NCBI GenBank assembly: GCA_035221665.1
Contig: CM069153.1
Span: 40,114,001 to 40,178,000 of the forward strand
DNA length: 64,000 nt
Origin: Okamejei kenojei
Lineage: Eukaryota
Direction: 5' to 3'
The notes beneath the pieces are model-generated. The model saw only the letters and a list, made by a program, of their open reading frames with translations. It ran no database searches and was not told the origin of the DNA. Below, piece by piece: positions 51,535 to 63,873 of the stretch. The position numbers were made by a program, and so were the translations under genes. The number at the start of each line of letters is the position of its first letter. The first letter of the stretch is position 1.

Positions 51535-52055
51535 CTTTGCATAGCTCAGCATGGTTAGGGAGGAGCTCCACCCAAGACCGCAAAAAAGTGCAGAGATTTG
51601 CGGACGCAGCCCAAACCATCACACGAACCAACCTCCCTTCCATTGATTCCATCTACACTTCACGCTGCTTCGGCAAGCCCACCAGCATAAACAAGGAAGA
51701 GTCACACCCCAGTCACACATTCTTCTCGCCTCTCTCATCAGGCAAGAGATACAGGTGTGAAAATGCATACCTCCAGATTCAAGGACAGTTTCTTCCTAGC
51801 TGTTATTAGCCAACTGAATCGTCCTCTCAACAACTAGAGAGCGGTCCTGACCTCCCATCTACCCTCAGACTATCTTTAATTGGGCTTTACGGGACTTTAT
51901 CTTGCACTAAATGTTATTCCCTTTATCCTGTATTTGTACATTCTGGAAGGGTTGATTGTAATCATGTATAGTATTTTCGCTGATTGGATAGCATGCAACA
52001 GAAAAGCTTTAAATTGTACCTCAGTACATGTGACAATAAACTAAACTAAACCAAA
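51535..52055 (+). mobile_element. Rex1/Babar-like LINE 3' fragment
   Basis: QDRKKVQRFADAAQTITRTNLPSIDSIYTSRC remnant plus 3' UTR. Confidence 0.8.
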
Positions 52056-52502
52056 ACCAAGATTATGACACCTGGTTCATGGGATAGTGAAGAAGTCTGA
52101 GACAGCATTTATTGAGCAATTTCATAATTAATCATGGAACAATTCCATCTATTTAATAATATTCTTCTGTGGCATAATTTTACATGACCATGTCCTGTAA
52201 ATGTTTAAAAGATCTTTGCCCTGTGGTAATATGGCACCTACTATGGCCATCGCAATTATTTAGAAAATACTTTATACATAACACTATCCAGAGAAGCTAA
52301 CATGGCTTGCCTGGGTTGGAACACAAGTCTTTACCATTTTGTCAGCAAAAGCTTTTCAGTATTATAGTGTGAAAGCGCATACCTCGAGATTCAGTGACAG
52401 TTTCCTCCTGGTGGTTTATTAGGCAACTGAACCATCCTATCAATAACTAGTGAGCGATCCTGACCAACCATTACCTCATTGGAGACTCTCCGAATATCTT
52501 TG

Positions 52503-52594
52503 GTAGACAAAATTGCTGGAGAAACTCAGCGGGTGAGGCAGCATCTATGGAGCGAAGGAATAGGTGACGTTTCTGGTCGAGACCCTTCTTCAGA
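52503..52594 (-). mobile_element. Penelope-like pseudo-LTR fragment with hammerhead motif, inserted in a Rex-like 3' UTR
   Basis: Minus strand CTGAAGAagggtctcgaccaGAAAcGTCacc; same boundaries as the 253-346 copy; ctccgaatat repeated on both sides. Confidence 0.7.
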
Positions 52595-52851
52595 ATATCT
52601 TCTCCGAATATTTTTTATCAGACTTCATCTTGTAATAAATGTTATTCCCTTATCCTGTCTCTGTACACACCATGACGGCTTGATTGTAATCATGTATAGT
52701 CTTTACGCTAACTGGATAGCATGCAACAAAATACATTTTCGCTCTTACCCCGTACACGTGACAATAATAAACTAAACTAAACTAAATTTCAACTGAATGG
52801 GATAGTTATCATCATCTTTAAGGTGATGGAAATGTGGAAGGGTGAAAATCG

Positions 52852-53305
52852 CTTTCAAGAGAGAGCTAGATAGGGCTCTTAAAAAGAGCGGAGTCAGGGT
52901 ATATGGGGAGAAGGCAGGAACGGGGTACTGATTAGGGATGATCAGCCATGATCACATTGAATGGCGGTGCTGGCTCGAAGGGCCGAATGGCCTACTCCTG
53001 CACCTACTGTCTATTGTCTATTGTCCTACTATAGAGGGCAAGCAATAAGGTCAGAAGTGGCAAGTTTAATGGAGACATGCATGGGCAAGTTTTTTTTACA
53101 CATAGATTGGTGGGGGCCTGGAACGCACTGCCAAGGATGGCGGTGGAGGCAGATTTAAGAGCCTTTGGATAGGCACATGGAACTGCAGGGAATAGAGGGA
53201 TATGGACCATGTGCAGGCAGATGCGATCAGTTTAACTTGACATCATGTTTGGTACAAACATTGTTGGCTGAAGGCCTGTTCCTGTGCTGTACTGTTCTAT
53301 GTTCT
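52852..53305 (+). mobile_element. Two CR1-like LINE 3' fragments
   Basis: CR1 C-terminal remnants and tails. Confidence 0.75.
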
Positions 53306-53935
53306 AAGATACTTCAGGTTAATATGGTTTAAATGGACTCGTAAAGATTCCCAAAGTTAGCATACTCGCGTTGGCAAAAGTAAGAGAGAATTTATATTCT
53401 GGTTGTAGCATTTCTTTTACACCGCACTTGGTTTTTTCCAGACACTACACAACTTGAATAAACAGAAAGATTGCAGTGGCAAGTAATCAGACATTGGCCT
53501 CAATCTTCTGTTCAAAAGCCAGCAGCTCTGCTCAGGATTCACTTCACTGGGCAAAAGTTAATGACTCACGGACACAACTGAAGCTTTCTGCCTTGACTGA
53601 GAGCTCTGAGCAAGACACCTCACAGAGTCCAAGTTGAGAAGTGTAGACTACCATCGGTCTCTTGGCATTTAGGCCTGGAAACCTACCAACTGAGTCTGTC
53701 TCAGTTCACCTGGTGTGGACTCAACCAGTCCATTGATTTCAATAGGAAGAAGCAGCTAGAGAAGAGGGGAAGTGGAGGAAAGTGCATGCTAGGTTTCTAT
53801 TTGAAAACCAAACATTTCCAGATGTTTTAAATAAAAGTAAACTGCAGGAAATACACAACAAGGAAGGCAGAATCCATGGAGAGAAAAACATTTAATGTTT
53901 TTGGCAAAAATAAAGACACAAAGTGCTGGAGTTAT

Positions 53936-54262
53936 AGCCCCGTCCCACGGTACGAGTTCATTCCAAGAGCTCTCCCGAGTTTAAAAAAAATCAAACACGT
54001 GATAAACACGGATAATGAACATAGCGGGTACCTCGGAGCTCGGGGACGTCTCTTAGCGGCTCGTAACGCTAACGGCAGGTACTCGGGAAGACTCGCTAAC
54101 GGCAGGTAAGCACGGGAAGACGCGTGAAGATTTTTCAACATGTTGAAAAACGTCCACGTGAGCCCCCAGTAACGACGAGTGGCCATTACAGTAAATCTCC
54201 GAGTTCGAATCAGGGCAAAGTTGGCTAGCTCTTGGAATGAACTCGTACCGTGGGACAGGGCT
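53936..54262. mobile_element. MITE (PIF/Harbinger-like TIRs), younger copy
   Basis: About 36-bp TIRs agccccgtcccacggtacgagttcattccaagagct / agctcttggaatgaactcgtaccgtgggacagggct. Confidence 0.85.
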
Positions 54263-54545
54263 TTCACAATGCCAGAGACCCAGTTTGGTTTCTATCTATG
54301 AGTGCTGTCTGTACAGAGTTTGTACATTCTCCCTGTGACCGTGTGGATTTTCTCAAGAATGCTCCGGTTTCCTCAAACATTCCAAAGATGTGGAGGTTTG
54401 TAGGTTAATTGGCATCAGTAAAAGTGTTAATCGTCCCTAGTGTGTAGGATAGTGCTAGTGTACGGGGATCGCTGAGTGGTTTAGACTCGGTGGGCTGAAG
54501 GGCCTGTATCTGCACTGTATCTCTCAAGTTTAAAGTTAAAAGTCG
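54263..54545 (+). mobile_element. HE1-like V-SINE (5' end missing)
   Basis: SINE core and tail. Confidence 0.8.
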
Positions 54546-55319
54546 AACTCAGTGGATCAGGCAGCATCTCTGGAGAACATGGATAGATTACGTTTTATTC
54601 GAGGTTGCAGAAAGGGAGAGCGTCAAATGAACAAAGGAGCGTCCATGATAAGAAGACCAAGGTTGTCCAGGTGACTATATGCTTTCTGAGCAATCCAGTT
54701 CATGGGTGAATTGGGACGGTTAAAAAATGAATAAAGAATGTGTGGGAAGCTGAATAAGCCAATTGCTGGAAATCTGAAACAAAAGAGAATGCTGAAAATA
54801 TATCTAGCAGATCAGTTGGCACCTGTGGAGAGAGAAACCCTGATTGACCTTACATTAGCAATTCTTACTCGGACAGGCAAAGTTATTTATCTGAAGTTGC
54901 TGAATTGTTCAAAGTCCCATGAGTTGCAACATGCCCAGGTGAGGTGTTCGTTCTTTGAGCTTAGGTTTGACTTTGTTGGCAGAGCGTAGGAGGTCAGAAT
55001 GAGAATGAAATGGAGAATTGAAGTAACAGAAACTGCAAGCTCCAAGGGCACAATGTGTCATCTAATCTACATTAGGTTTCAACTTGTAGAATAAGCCCCA
55101 TTATGGGTACAAAGTGCAATGCATGGATTGGAAGTGAATCGCTGCCTCAGATTGAAGGATTGCTTGGGTCCCTGGACAACAGGAAAGGAAGAGATAAAAG
55201 TGTCGCCGTTGTTTCTTTGGCAATTGCAAGGGAAAGTATTGTCAAAAGGGGAATGTTTGGTGGAGATTAATGATCGAAAAAGGGAATCAGAAAAGGAATT
55301 ATCCCCTCAAAATGGTCCC

Positions 55320-55732
55320 CTGAGGGGGAACCTCATTGAAACATACCTAATAGTGAAAGGCTTGGATAGAGTGGATGTGGAGAGGATGTTTCCACTAATG
55401 GGAGAGTCTAGAACTAGAGGTCGTAGCCTCAGAATTAAAGGGTGTTCGTTTAGGAAGATGAGGAGAAATGTCTTTAGTCAGAGGGTGGTGAATCTGTGGA
55501 ATTCTTTGCCACAGAAGGCTGTGGAGGCCAAGTCAGTGGATATTTTTAAGACAGAGATAGATAGATTGTTGATTAGTACAGGTGTCAGAGGTTATGGGGA
55601 GAAGGCAGGAGAAGGCATGAGAATGGGATGGAAAATGGGGTTAGGAGGGAGAGATAGACCAGCCATGATTAAATGGCAAGAGTAGACTTGATGGGCCAAA
55701 TGGCCTAATTCTACTCCTATTCCTATGACCTT
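55320..55732 (+). mobile_element. CR1/HER1-like LINE 3' end nested in an old Penelope-like element
   Basis: LRGNLIETYLIVKGLDRVDVERMFPLMGESRTRG..LWNSLPQKAVEA. Confidence 0.88.
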
Positions 55733-55739
55733 AAAGTGG

Positions 55740-56380
55740 AAGGAAAGGAAAGATGCATCTTCAGGTTCCCATGTTGTTGAAGGTAGCGGAAATAACTGAG
55801 AATGATCTATCGAATGTAGAGGCTGGGAGATGGTGATAAAGGAAACCAGAATCTTGTTCCAGCTGGAAGGAGGGGAGAAGGGAGCAGATGTGAGAGAAAT
55901 AAAAGAGTCACTGTTGAGAGAGTCTTGTCATCTATAGCAGAGAGAACACCATGGTTAAGGATAAAAGGCACTGGTGGACAAAGACTTATCAACAAAGATG
56001 GAACAGAGTCCTTACCGGAAGCAGGATGGGAGGAGGTGTAGTCAAGATAGTTGTAGGAGTCTGTGGGCTGATAATTGATATTGATTGTGTGTCTCTCCCC
56101 TGAAATGGAGACAGAGAGATCAGGATAGAGGAAAGAAATTCCAGATATAGAGCATGAAGAATTATTTTTGTTTGCCACCTTGACATCTGAAAGTGAGAAC
56201 AAGGTGAAATTTGACAAACAGTAAAAGCTTTATCTGTGCAAGTGCAAAAAGTAGCAACATTAACTCCATTAATGTAGCGGGAAAAATAGTTGAGGGAGAG
56301 TTCTTGTCCAAAACTAAAATAAAGACCCATAGAAATACAGGCATAACATGGACCCATGCCCATGTAATACAAGGGAACTG
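55740..56380 (-). mobile_element. Old Penelope-like element, RT remnant
   Basis: ISFL..DLSVSISG..NINYQPTDSYNYLDYTSSHPASGKDS matches the Penelope RT motif (FLD...Y.KPT...YL...S.HP...K). Its diverged 3' part continues at about 54740-55260. Confidence 0.7.
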
Positions 56381-56665
56381 CAGATGCTGGTGTATACCAA
56401 AGATAGACTCAAAATGCTGGAGTAACTTAATAATAATCTTATTATAATAATAATAATGGATAAGAAAGGTGTAGAGTGATAAGGGGCTAAATGCATGTAA
56501 ATGGGACTAGCTTAGATGGGACATCTTACGATTATTTGTATAATAATAATATAATTATTGCTTAATATAATAAACTTGCTTTTTAATCATTTATTTTTGA
56601 GTGTGGCTGAGTGTTTTTGAAGGATTGCTGTAATGGCGACTGAACAGTAGGAGAGGGCTTCACCC

Positions 56666-56679
56666 GTTACCAAGGCAAC
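56666..56679. promoter_or_regulatory. Candidate RFX X-box (GTTACCAAGGCAAC)
   Basis: 14-bp match to GTNRCC(N0-3)RGYAAC in non-repetitive sequence with local CpGs. Confidence 0.4.
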
Positions 56680-57412
56680 GCAAGAGACGGAGATTGCCAC
56701 ACACACTCAGTGAGGTCCACAACTGTTCCAGGTCTCTCCTTACAACTGGAAACCAGAGTCCCAGCAGAAGCCTGTGCCAGCTCCAAGGGCAGGCCACCAG
56801 CAAGATGTGGCAGCTTGCCAATTGGTAAAAGATCCTCTGCTTCCCTTTATTGTTTGTATAACAGCAGTTAGAGCCTCCATGTGCTCAGCTTTGTAAGATT
56901 TGATCTAATGTTTTTCTTTCTTCTTACTCAACATTTCTTCCAAAACTATGTGTTGTGGGAAGGGGCCAAAAACCTGCAAGCCAAATGATAACATTGTTAA
57001 AACGTTTTTTTTTTAAACGCTGTGTCCTTCCCTGTGAAATTCTTAGTTGTTTTGTGTAAAGTCCAAGAGCAATGTTTTTTTGCACTAAAATAACATCTTG
57101 CTAAACATTTCAGCTAATCAAATAATAGTAAATTAGGAATTTCATGTTTAAGATGCTGAATTATCCGATAACTGGAATAATGTCAGTTTACAGTTCATAT
57201 TGAACACTAAAGAGCCTGACATCATACTCAGAGGCCAGCGGGTTGCTTCTCATGACCCTTAGAATAAATTGCCTATTTAAGCTGGATCCCTTGGGTTTAG
57301 TTGTGCAATAAATGTACTGAGCCAGATTTTGCAGTCCAAATAGTGGTAAAATGTCCGAGAACTGCCATTAACTACATATGAACAAGTAAATGGGTAAATT
57401 AGGAAGCCTGTT

Positions 57413-57715
57413 GTAGAGCACGGAAACAGGCCCTTCGGCCCACTGAGTCCGCGCCAACCTGTGATCACTCCATACACTAATACTATCCTACACACCAGGG
57501 ACAATTTATAATTCTACTGAAGCCAATTAACCTACAAACCAGTACTTCTTTGGAGTGGGGGGGGGAGGGGGAGGGGAAATCAGAGCACCCGGGGAAAACC
57601 CGCACGGTCACAGGGAGAATATATCAGCTCCATACTGATAGCACCTGTAGTCAGGATTGAACCCAGGTCTCTGGCGTTGTAAAGCAGCAATTCTACCGCT
57701 ACGCCACTGTGCCAC
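57413..57715 (-). mobile_element. HE1-like V-SINE
   Basis: SINE body with an internal G-run. Confidence 0.8.
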
Positions 57716-58261
57716 TTTATTATACTCCAGGTAATAACAGTATCCATACACTAGATATCAATATTATACCTTCGAAGGTAACAGTATAATCAAGCCCTTG
57801 AAGAATGTGGAATATGTATGTATCTGATATGCCTTCATTAAAATCCTCAGAAAGGAAGCCTAGCCTAAGGAGTCTTTTTTTACATAATGTCACAAATATG
57901 GCAAAACAACTCCCTGGTACTGAATATTAACGTTAAAAACGGTGGCATCCTATTCCTTCAGAATTAAACGAGTACTGGAGAATTTTATTAAAAAGTGACA
58001 ATCTGTTCATTCTTTCCATTTTTCATTTTGTTCTTGATATTGAATTCATTTTTCAAATTAACATTTTCCGATTTGCACACAACATTGGTCAGTTATTCAG
58101 TTTCTCGATCTGATTGTTTAAGGCAATATACAGATTGCCTACTCTTTTATAGTTTTAAATATGGATTATTAAACTTAACATGAAACCAACATATAAACAA
58201 TTGTTGTCTATTTCTTCCTTTCTTCACCCTTGGACAAAATTAATAAAACTCATACTCTTAT

Positions 58262-58680
58262 GTCATAAGTCAGAAGTGATAGTAGAATTAGGCCATTCGG
58301 CCCATCAATACCCATTTAATCATGGCTGATCTATCTCTCCTTCCAAACCCCATTCTCCTGCCTTCTCCCCATAACCTCTGACATCTGTACTAATCAACAT
58401 CTATTTATCTCTGCCTTAAAAATATCCACTGACTTGGCCTCCACAGCCTTCTGTGGCAAAGAATTCCACAAATTCACCATCCTCTGACTAAAGAAATTTC
58501 CCCTCATCTCCTTCCTAAAAGAACGTCCTTTAAATCGGAGTCTATGATCTCTAGTCCTGGACTCTCCCACTAGTGGAAACATCCTCTCCACATCCACTCT
58601 ATCCAAGCCTTTCACTATTAACTGTATGTTTCAATGAGGTCCACTCTCATTAATCTAAACAGGCCCAGTGCCGACAAACG
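58262..58680 (-). mobile_element. CR1/HER1-like LINE 3' end
   Basis: KGLDRVDVERMFPLVGESRTR..LWNSLPQKAVEA. Confidence 0.85.
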
Positions 58681-59688
58681 CTTATATTTTTAGTAAACTA
58701 TATTTTCAGAAGTTTCATTTCCTTCTGTTAGGATATTAACAATATTTTACAATTATGAATTTACATTATAACAATGCAAAATTATTTGAGATATCTAAAG
58801 ATGTGCAGTATATAAAAGCAATACTCCCCCCCCCCCCCCCCTCCCTCCGTCCCTTTCTTATTTTGTTGTATTTGTTCACATTTCTGGGTTCTGATGAAAG
58901 AAGGTCGACCTGAAACATTATCCCTGTTTTTCTCTCCACAAATGCTACCTTACCTGCACGGTATTTCTATAAGTATTTCATCCACAAGACTGTAAATATG
59001 AGAATATAAGAAAGTAGTCCATTCTAGGAATCAACCTGTGAACCTTTGCTGCTCTCCCTCCAGAGCAAGTATAGATAAAAAGACAAAAATAGTTCACATT
59101 TCTCCAGGCGTTTTGTATTCTCACTCATGATTGATCTCTACTAAAGGCTCAATACACTGTGAAGTGAATTAGACTTTATTAACATTAAAACTCCTTTTAA
59201 CAGATTGAACCAAAGAGAGAGGTTGACACTCGTATTCTCCCTTAGAGTTTGGGATTGAACGTATGAACAGAGTTTCACTATTTATCAGATGCTGACCATA
59301 AATCAACACAGCAACATATAAAAGTCTGCATCCACTACTGCTCATTGATTATTTAACATAAGCAAAGTGTAAACTGAGCAATGTGCATCACAGATATCAA
59401 CAAAATTCACTGCGAGCGTTCTCTGCAATATAGGTAAACCCATGAGAAAATTATATATAAAAACAACTTATATATGTCTACAACTGGACCAACTACAATT
59501 TGCACAGCTTGAGATATTGCAAATAATTTTCTTATATCACAACTGAACATACTGTACATACAACTATACTTAACAGTCGCACAACAATTAGCAAAGCAAA
59601 TCAGAAATCCAAAAAGGAGGTGCTCAGACATGCAAGCAAAGATTCCAAGACATCACATGCTGTTGGATCTAAAAGCAATATTTATTAC

Positions 59689-59748
59689 CTCAGAGTAGGC
59701 AGTCCAGAAACAGAAGAGGGATAGGAAAACAAGGAGCTGGGACTTCAT
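59689..59748 (-). CDS. PDGF-A/B-like growth factor, first coding exon (signal peptide MKSQLLVFLSLFCFWTAYSE)
   Basis: ATG in aacaacATG context, then 20 codons with a hydrophobic core ending ..AYSE and a phase-0 donor GAG|gtaata. Same layout as PDGFA/PDGFB exon 1 (signal peptide ending in Glu at phase 0). An acceptor ttttttgcag| lies 18 nt upstream of the ATG (exon start 59766). Confidence 0.85.
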
Positions 59749-59984
59749 GTTGTTTTCAGTTGTTTTCTGCAAAAAATCCATTTGCTGTAGCAATGTGGTG
59801 ATGAACTGAATTATAGTCTAGATAATTGCAGTCCCCTTTTTCTCAGCTGCCCAGCAATGTTTGTAAATGAGGTCTCACATACAGCTTCCGCACTAAACCT
59901 ACGCCCACAAAAAGCCAATGGAATTCATTAGTGAATGCTTCCCCTTTTAACTCTTAGGCTGCTGAAGGGCAGCACTCATCATGC

Positions 59985-60611
59985 GTTCATAAGTTATAGG
60001 AGCAGAATTAGGCCATTCGCCCCATCAAGTCTACTCTGCCATTCAACCATGGCTGATCTATCCTTCCCTCTCAACCCCGTTCTACTTCCTTCTCCCCAGA
60101 ACCCCTGACACCCGTACTAATCAAGAACTGTCAATCTCCGTCTTAAAATTACCCAAAGACAGCCTCCTCAGACTTCTGTGACAATGAATTCCACACATTT
60201 ACCATCCTCTGACTAAAGAGGACTAGATAAAACAGTCTTCTGACGGTAGTCATTTTTCTTTTGATAAAAGGAAGCATTTTACATATTTTTAAAAGAAGAT
60301 AGTTGTTTCGTTTTTAGATTAGTTTAGAGATCACCGTGGAAACAGGACTTTCGGCCCACCGAGTCCACACCAACCAGCGATCCCCGCACATTAACACTAC
60401 CCTACACACAAGGAACAATTTACATTTATACCAAGTCAATTAATCTACAAACTTGTAGGTCTTTGGAATGTGGGAGGAAACCGAAGATCCCGGAGAAAAC
60501 CCACGGTGTCGCGGGAAGAACGTGCAAACTCCATACAGACAGCACCCAGAATCAGGATTAAAACCCGCCACTGTAAGGCAGCAAATCTACGGCTGTGCCA
60601 CCATGCCGCAG
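59985..60611 (-). mobile_element. CR1 3' end (59985-60220) and HE1-like V-SINE (60305-60611)
   Basis: Family motifs as in the other copies. Confidence 0.8.
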
Positions 60612-61199
60612 TGAGTCTAGTCTCACCCCAAAACATCACCTATTCCTTTTCTCCTGAGATGCTGCCTGAATTACTCCAGCATGTTGTGAATATCCCAAGT
60701 TTGTCCAACTCTCCTTGTATCTAATACCCCCTAATCCAGGCAGCATTTTGGTAAACCTTATTTACTGTCTGATTTCTACAGAGTGTTTGAGTAAAGTCTA
60801 CATGTCCTGGTGTAGCAGGTGCTTGAGCAGTTTGACTTCAAGGCATCTGTGGTACTGTACTTAGTTTAATTCAAAGCATGGATGTATCAGTGTTTTAGTT
60901 TGGTTTGGGTGTATCCTGCAGCAAATGTGATGCCATGATTTCCCATCACTAATCCCAATTTGGTCATTTGATGGTGAACAGGTGACCTCCAGCAGCTGCA
61001 AGACAGTGAGATAAGATGCAGGCAGTGATTGATTCTGATAATGACATTACAAGTGACATCAGTCTCACTCCATGCCAACTAGTTTTACACCAACATCCCA
61101 AAAATAAAGTTTATAAAAATGATGATCACAGATGTGCACACAATGTGTCCTGGGGTCATAAAGCATAGAAACAGGCCCTTCCACTAAGTCCATGCCATC

Positions 61200-63873
61200 A
61201 GATCAGATCTATCCGAGGACATTGCGGGGGAACTAGAGAGGAAATTGCAGGAGAGCTGATTGAAATTTACGAGTCGTCCTTAAATACAGGAGGTGCCGGA
61301 AGACTGGAGGGTGGCAAATGTTGTGCCTCTTTTCAAGAAGGGCTGCAGGAAAATGCTAGGAACTATAGGCTGGTGAGCTTAACATCTGTAGTTGGAAAGT
61401 TACTGGGGAGTGTTCTGAGGGATGGGTTATACAGGCATTTGTATGGGCAAGGGCTGATTCGGGATAGTCAGCATGGTTTTGTACGTGGGAGGTCGTGTCT
61501 CACAAATCTGATTGATTTTTTTGAAGACGTGACCAAAAAGGTCGATGAGGGCAAAGCTGTAGATGTTGTGTGCATGGATTTCGGTTAGGTATTCGACAGG
61601 TTTCCGCATGGTGGGCTGCTCTGAAAGGTTATATCGCATGGGATCCAAGGAGAGCTAGCTGAATGGAAAAAAATTGGCTCCATGGAAGGAAGCAGAGGGT
61701 GATGGTGGAAGGTTGCTTCTCAGACTGGAGGCCTGTGACAGGGTTTGGTGCTGGGCCTGTTAATGTTTGTCATCCACATCAATGATTTGGATGAGAACAT
61801 ACAGGGCAAGATTAGCAAGTTTGCTGATGGTACAAAAGTGAGCGATTTTGCAGATAGTGAAGATGGTTGTGAAAGATTACAGCACGATCTGGATCGAGTG
61901 GCCAGGTGGGCGGAGGAATGGTTGATGGAATTTAATACAGAGAAGTGTGAGATGTTGCATTTTGAGATGTCGAACAAGGACAAGACCTTCACAGTAAATG
62001 GTAGGTCTCTGGGTAGTGTTGTGGAGCAGAGGGATCTGTAAATACAGGTGCATGGTTCCTTGAAAGTCGAGTCGCAGGTAGATAAGGTGGTCAAAAATGG
62101 CTTTTGCCACTTTGGCCTTCATCAGTCAGAGTATTGAGTATAGAAATTGGGATGTCATGTTGCAGTTGTACAAGACACTGGGGAGCCTGCATTTAGAATA
62201 TTGTGTTCAGTTCTGTGCACCATGTTATAGGAAAGATATTGTCAAGCTTATTGGATCCTCGACTTCCTCATTCACAGACCACAGTCTGTTCGTATTGGTG
62301 GAAATGTGTCAGACTCAATAACAATCAGCACGGGAGCACCTCAAGGCTGCGTGCTCAGCCCCCTGCTGTACTCACTCTATACTCATGACTGCGCAGCTGG
62401 TCATAGTGCAAACTCCATCATCAAGTTCGCTGACGACACCACTGTTGTGGGACGTATCACTGATGGGCATGAGTCGGAGTGCAGAAGAGAGATCGAGCAA
62501 CTGTCCATATGGTGCCAGCACAACAACCTGGCCCTCAACACCAGCAAAACCAAGGAACTGATTGTGGACTTTGGAAGGAATAGGATGGGGACCCATACCC
62601 AGCTGGCTCAAGAGAATTAACTTTTCTTCATCTGAACAGATTTCAGGCTAGTTTTCTTCAAAAGTGCTTAGAAGAATGTTATTTTGAATTTGGGTTTGTT
62701 GGATGGTTGAAAGGGTCAAGAGCTTCAAATTCCTGGGCGTGCGCATCTCTGAAGATCTTTCCTGGACCGAGAACACAGATGCAATTATTAAGAAAGCTCA
62801 CCAGTGCCACTACTTCCTGAGAAGAGTATGGAGAGTTGGTTTGTCAAGGAGGACTCTCTCTAACTTCTACAGGTGCACAGTAGAGAACTTGCTGACCGGT
62901 TGCATCATGGCTTGGTTCGGCAACTTGAACGCCCTGGAGAGGAAAAGACTACAAAAAGCAGTAAACACTGCCCAGTCCATCATCGGCTCTGACCTTCCAT
63001 CGAGGGGATTTACCGCTGTCGCTGCCTCAAAAAAGCTGGCAGTATCATCAAGGACCCACACCATCCTGGCCACACACTCATCTCCCTGCTACCATCAGGT
63101 AGAACGTACAGGAACCTGAAGACTGCAATGACCAGGTTCAGGAATAGCTACTTCCCCACAGACATCAGGCTATTAAACTTGGCTCGGACAAAACTCTGAT
63201 AACTAATAACCCATTATCTGTTATTTGCATTTTATTAGTTTATTTATTCATGTGTGTATATATTTATATATGGTATATGGACACACTGATCTGTTTTGTA
63301 GTAAATGCCTTCTATGTTCTGTGTGCTGATGCAAAGCAAGAATTTTATTGTCCTATCAGGGACAATTGACAATAAACTCACTGAACTTGAACTTGAACTT
63401 GAAGCTTGAAAGGGTTCAGAAAAGATTTAAGAGGATGTTGCCAGGAGTAGAGGATCTGAGCTATAGGGAGAGGTTGAGTCTCTATTCCATGCATCACAGG
63501 AGGATGAGGGGTGATATTATAGAGGTGTACAAAATCATGAGAGGAATAGATCGGGTACATGCACAGTCTCTTGCCCAGAGAAGGGGAATCGTTGACCAGA
63601 GGACATTGGTTCAAGGTGAAGGGGAAAAGATTTAATAGGAATCCGAGGGGCAATTCTTTCACACAAATAGTGGTAGGTGTATGGAACAAGCTGCCAGTAG
63701 AGGTAGTTGAGGCTGCGACTATCCCATCGTTTAAGGAACAGTTAGACATGGATAGGACAAATTTGGAGAGATATGGACCAAGCGCAGGCAAGTGGGACTA
63801 GTGCAGCTGGGACATTGTTGGCCGGTGTGGGCAAGTTGGGCCAAAGGACCCGTTTCCACACTGTATGACTCTC
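61200..63873 (+). mobile_element. CR1-like LINE (RT region to 3' end), split by a nested Rex1/Babar element
   Basis: SLTSVVGKLL..SQHGFVRGRSCLTNL..KFADGTK..HLEYCVQF..KDIVKL | ERVQKRFKRMLPG..VWNKLP. Confidence 0.9.
62250..63401 (+). mobile_element. Rex1/Babar-like LINE (RT to 3' end) nested in CR1
   Basis: [34 protein letters not shown]; (CTTGAA)n tail; TSD aagctt (62244-62249 and 63402-63407). Confidence 0.9.
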
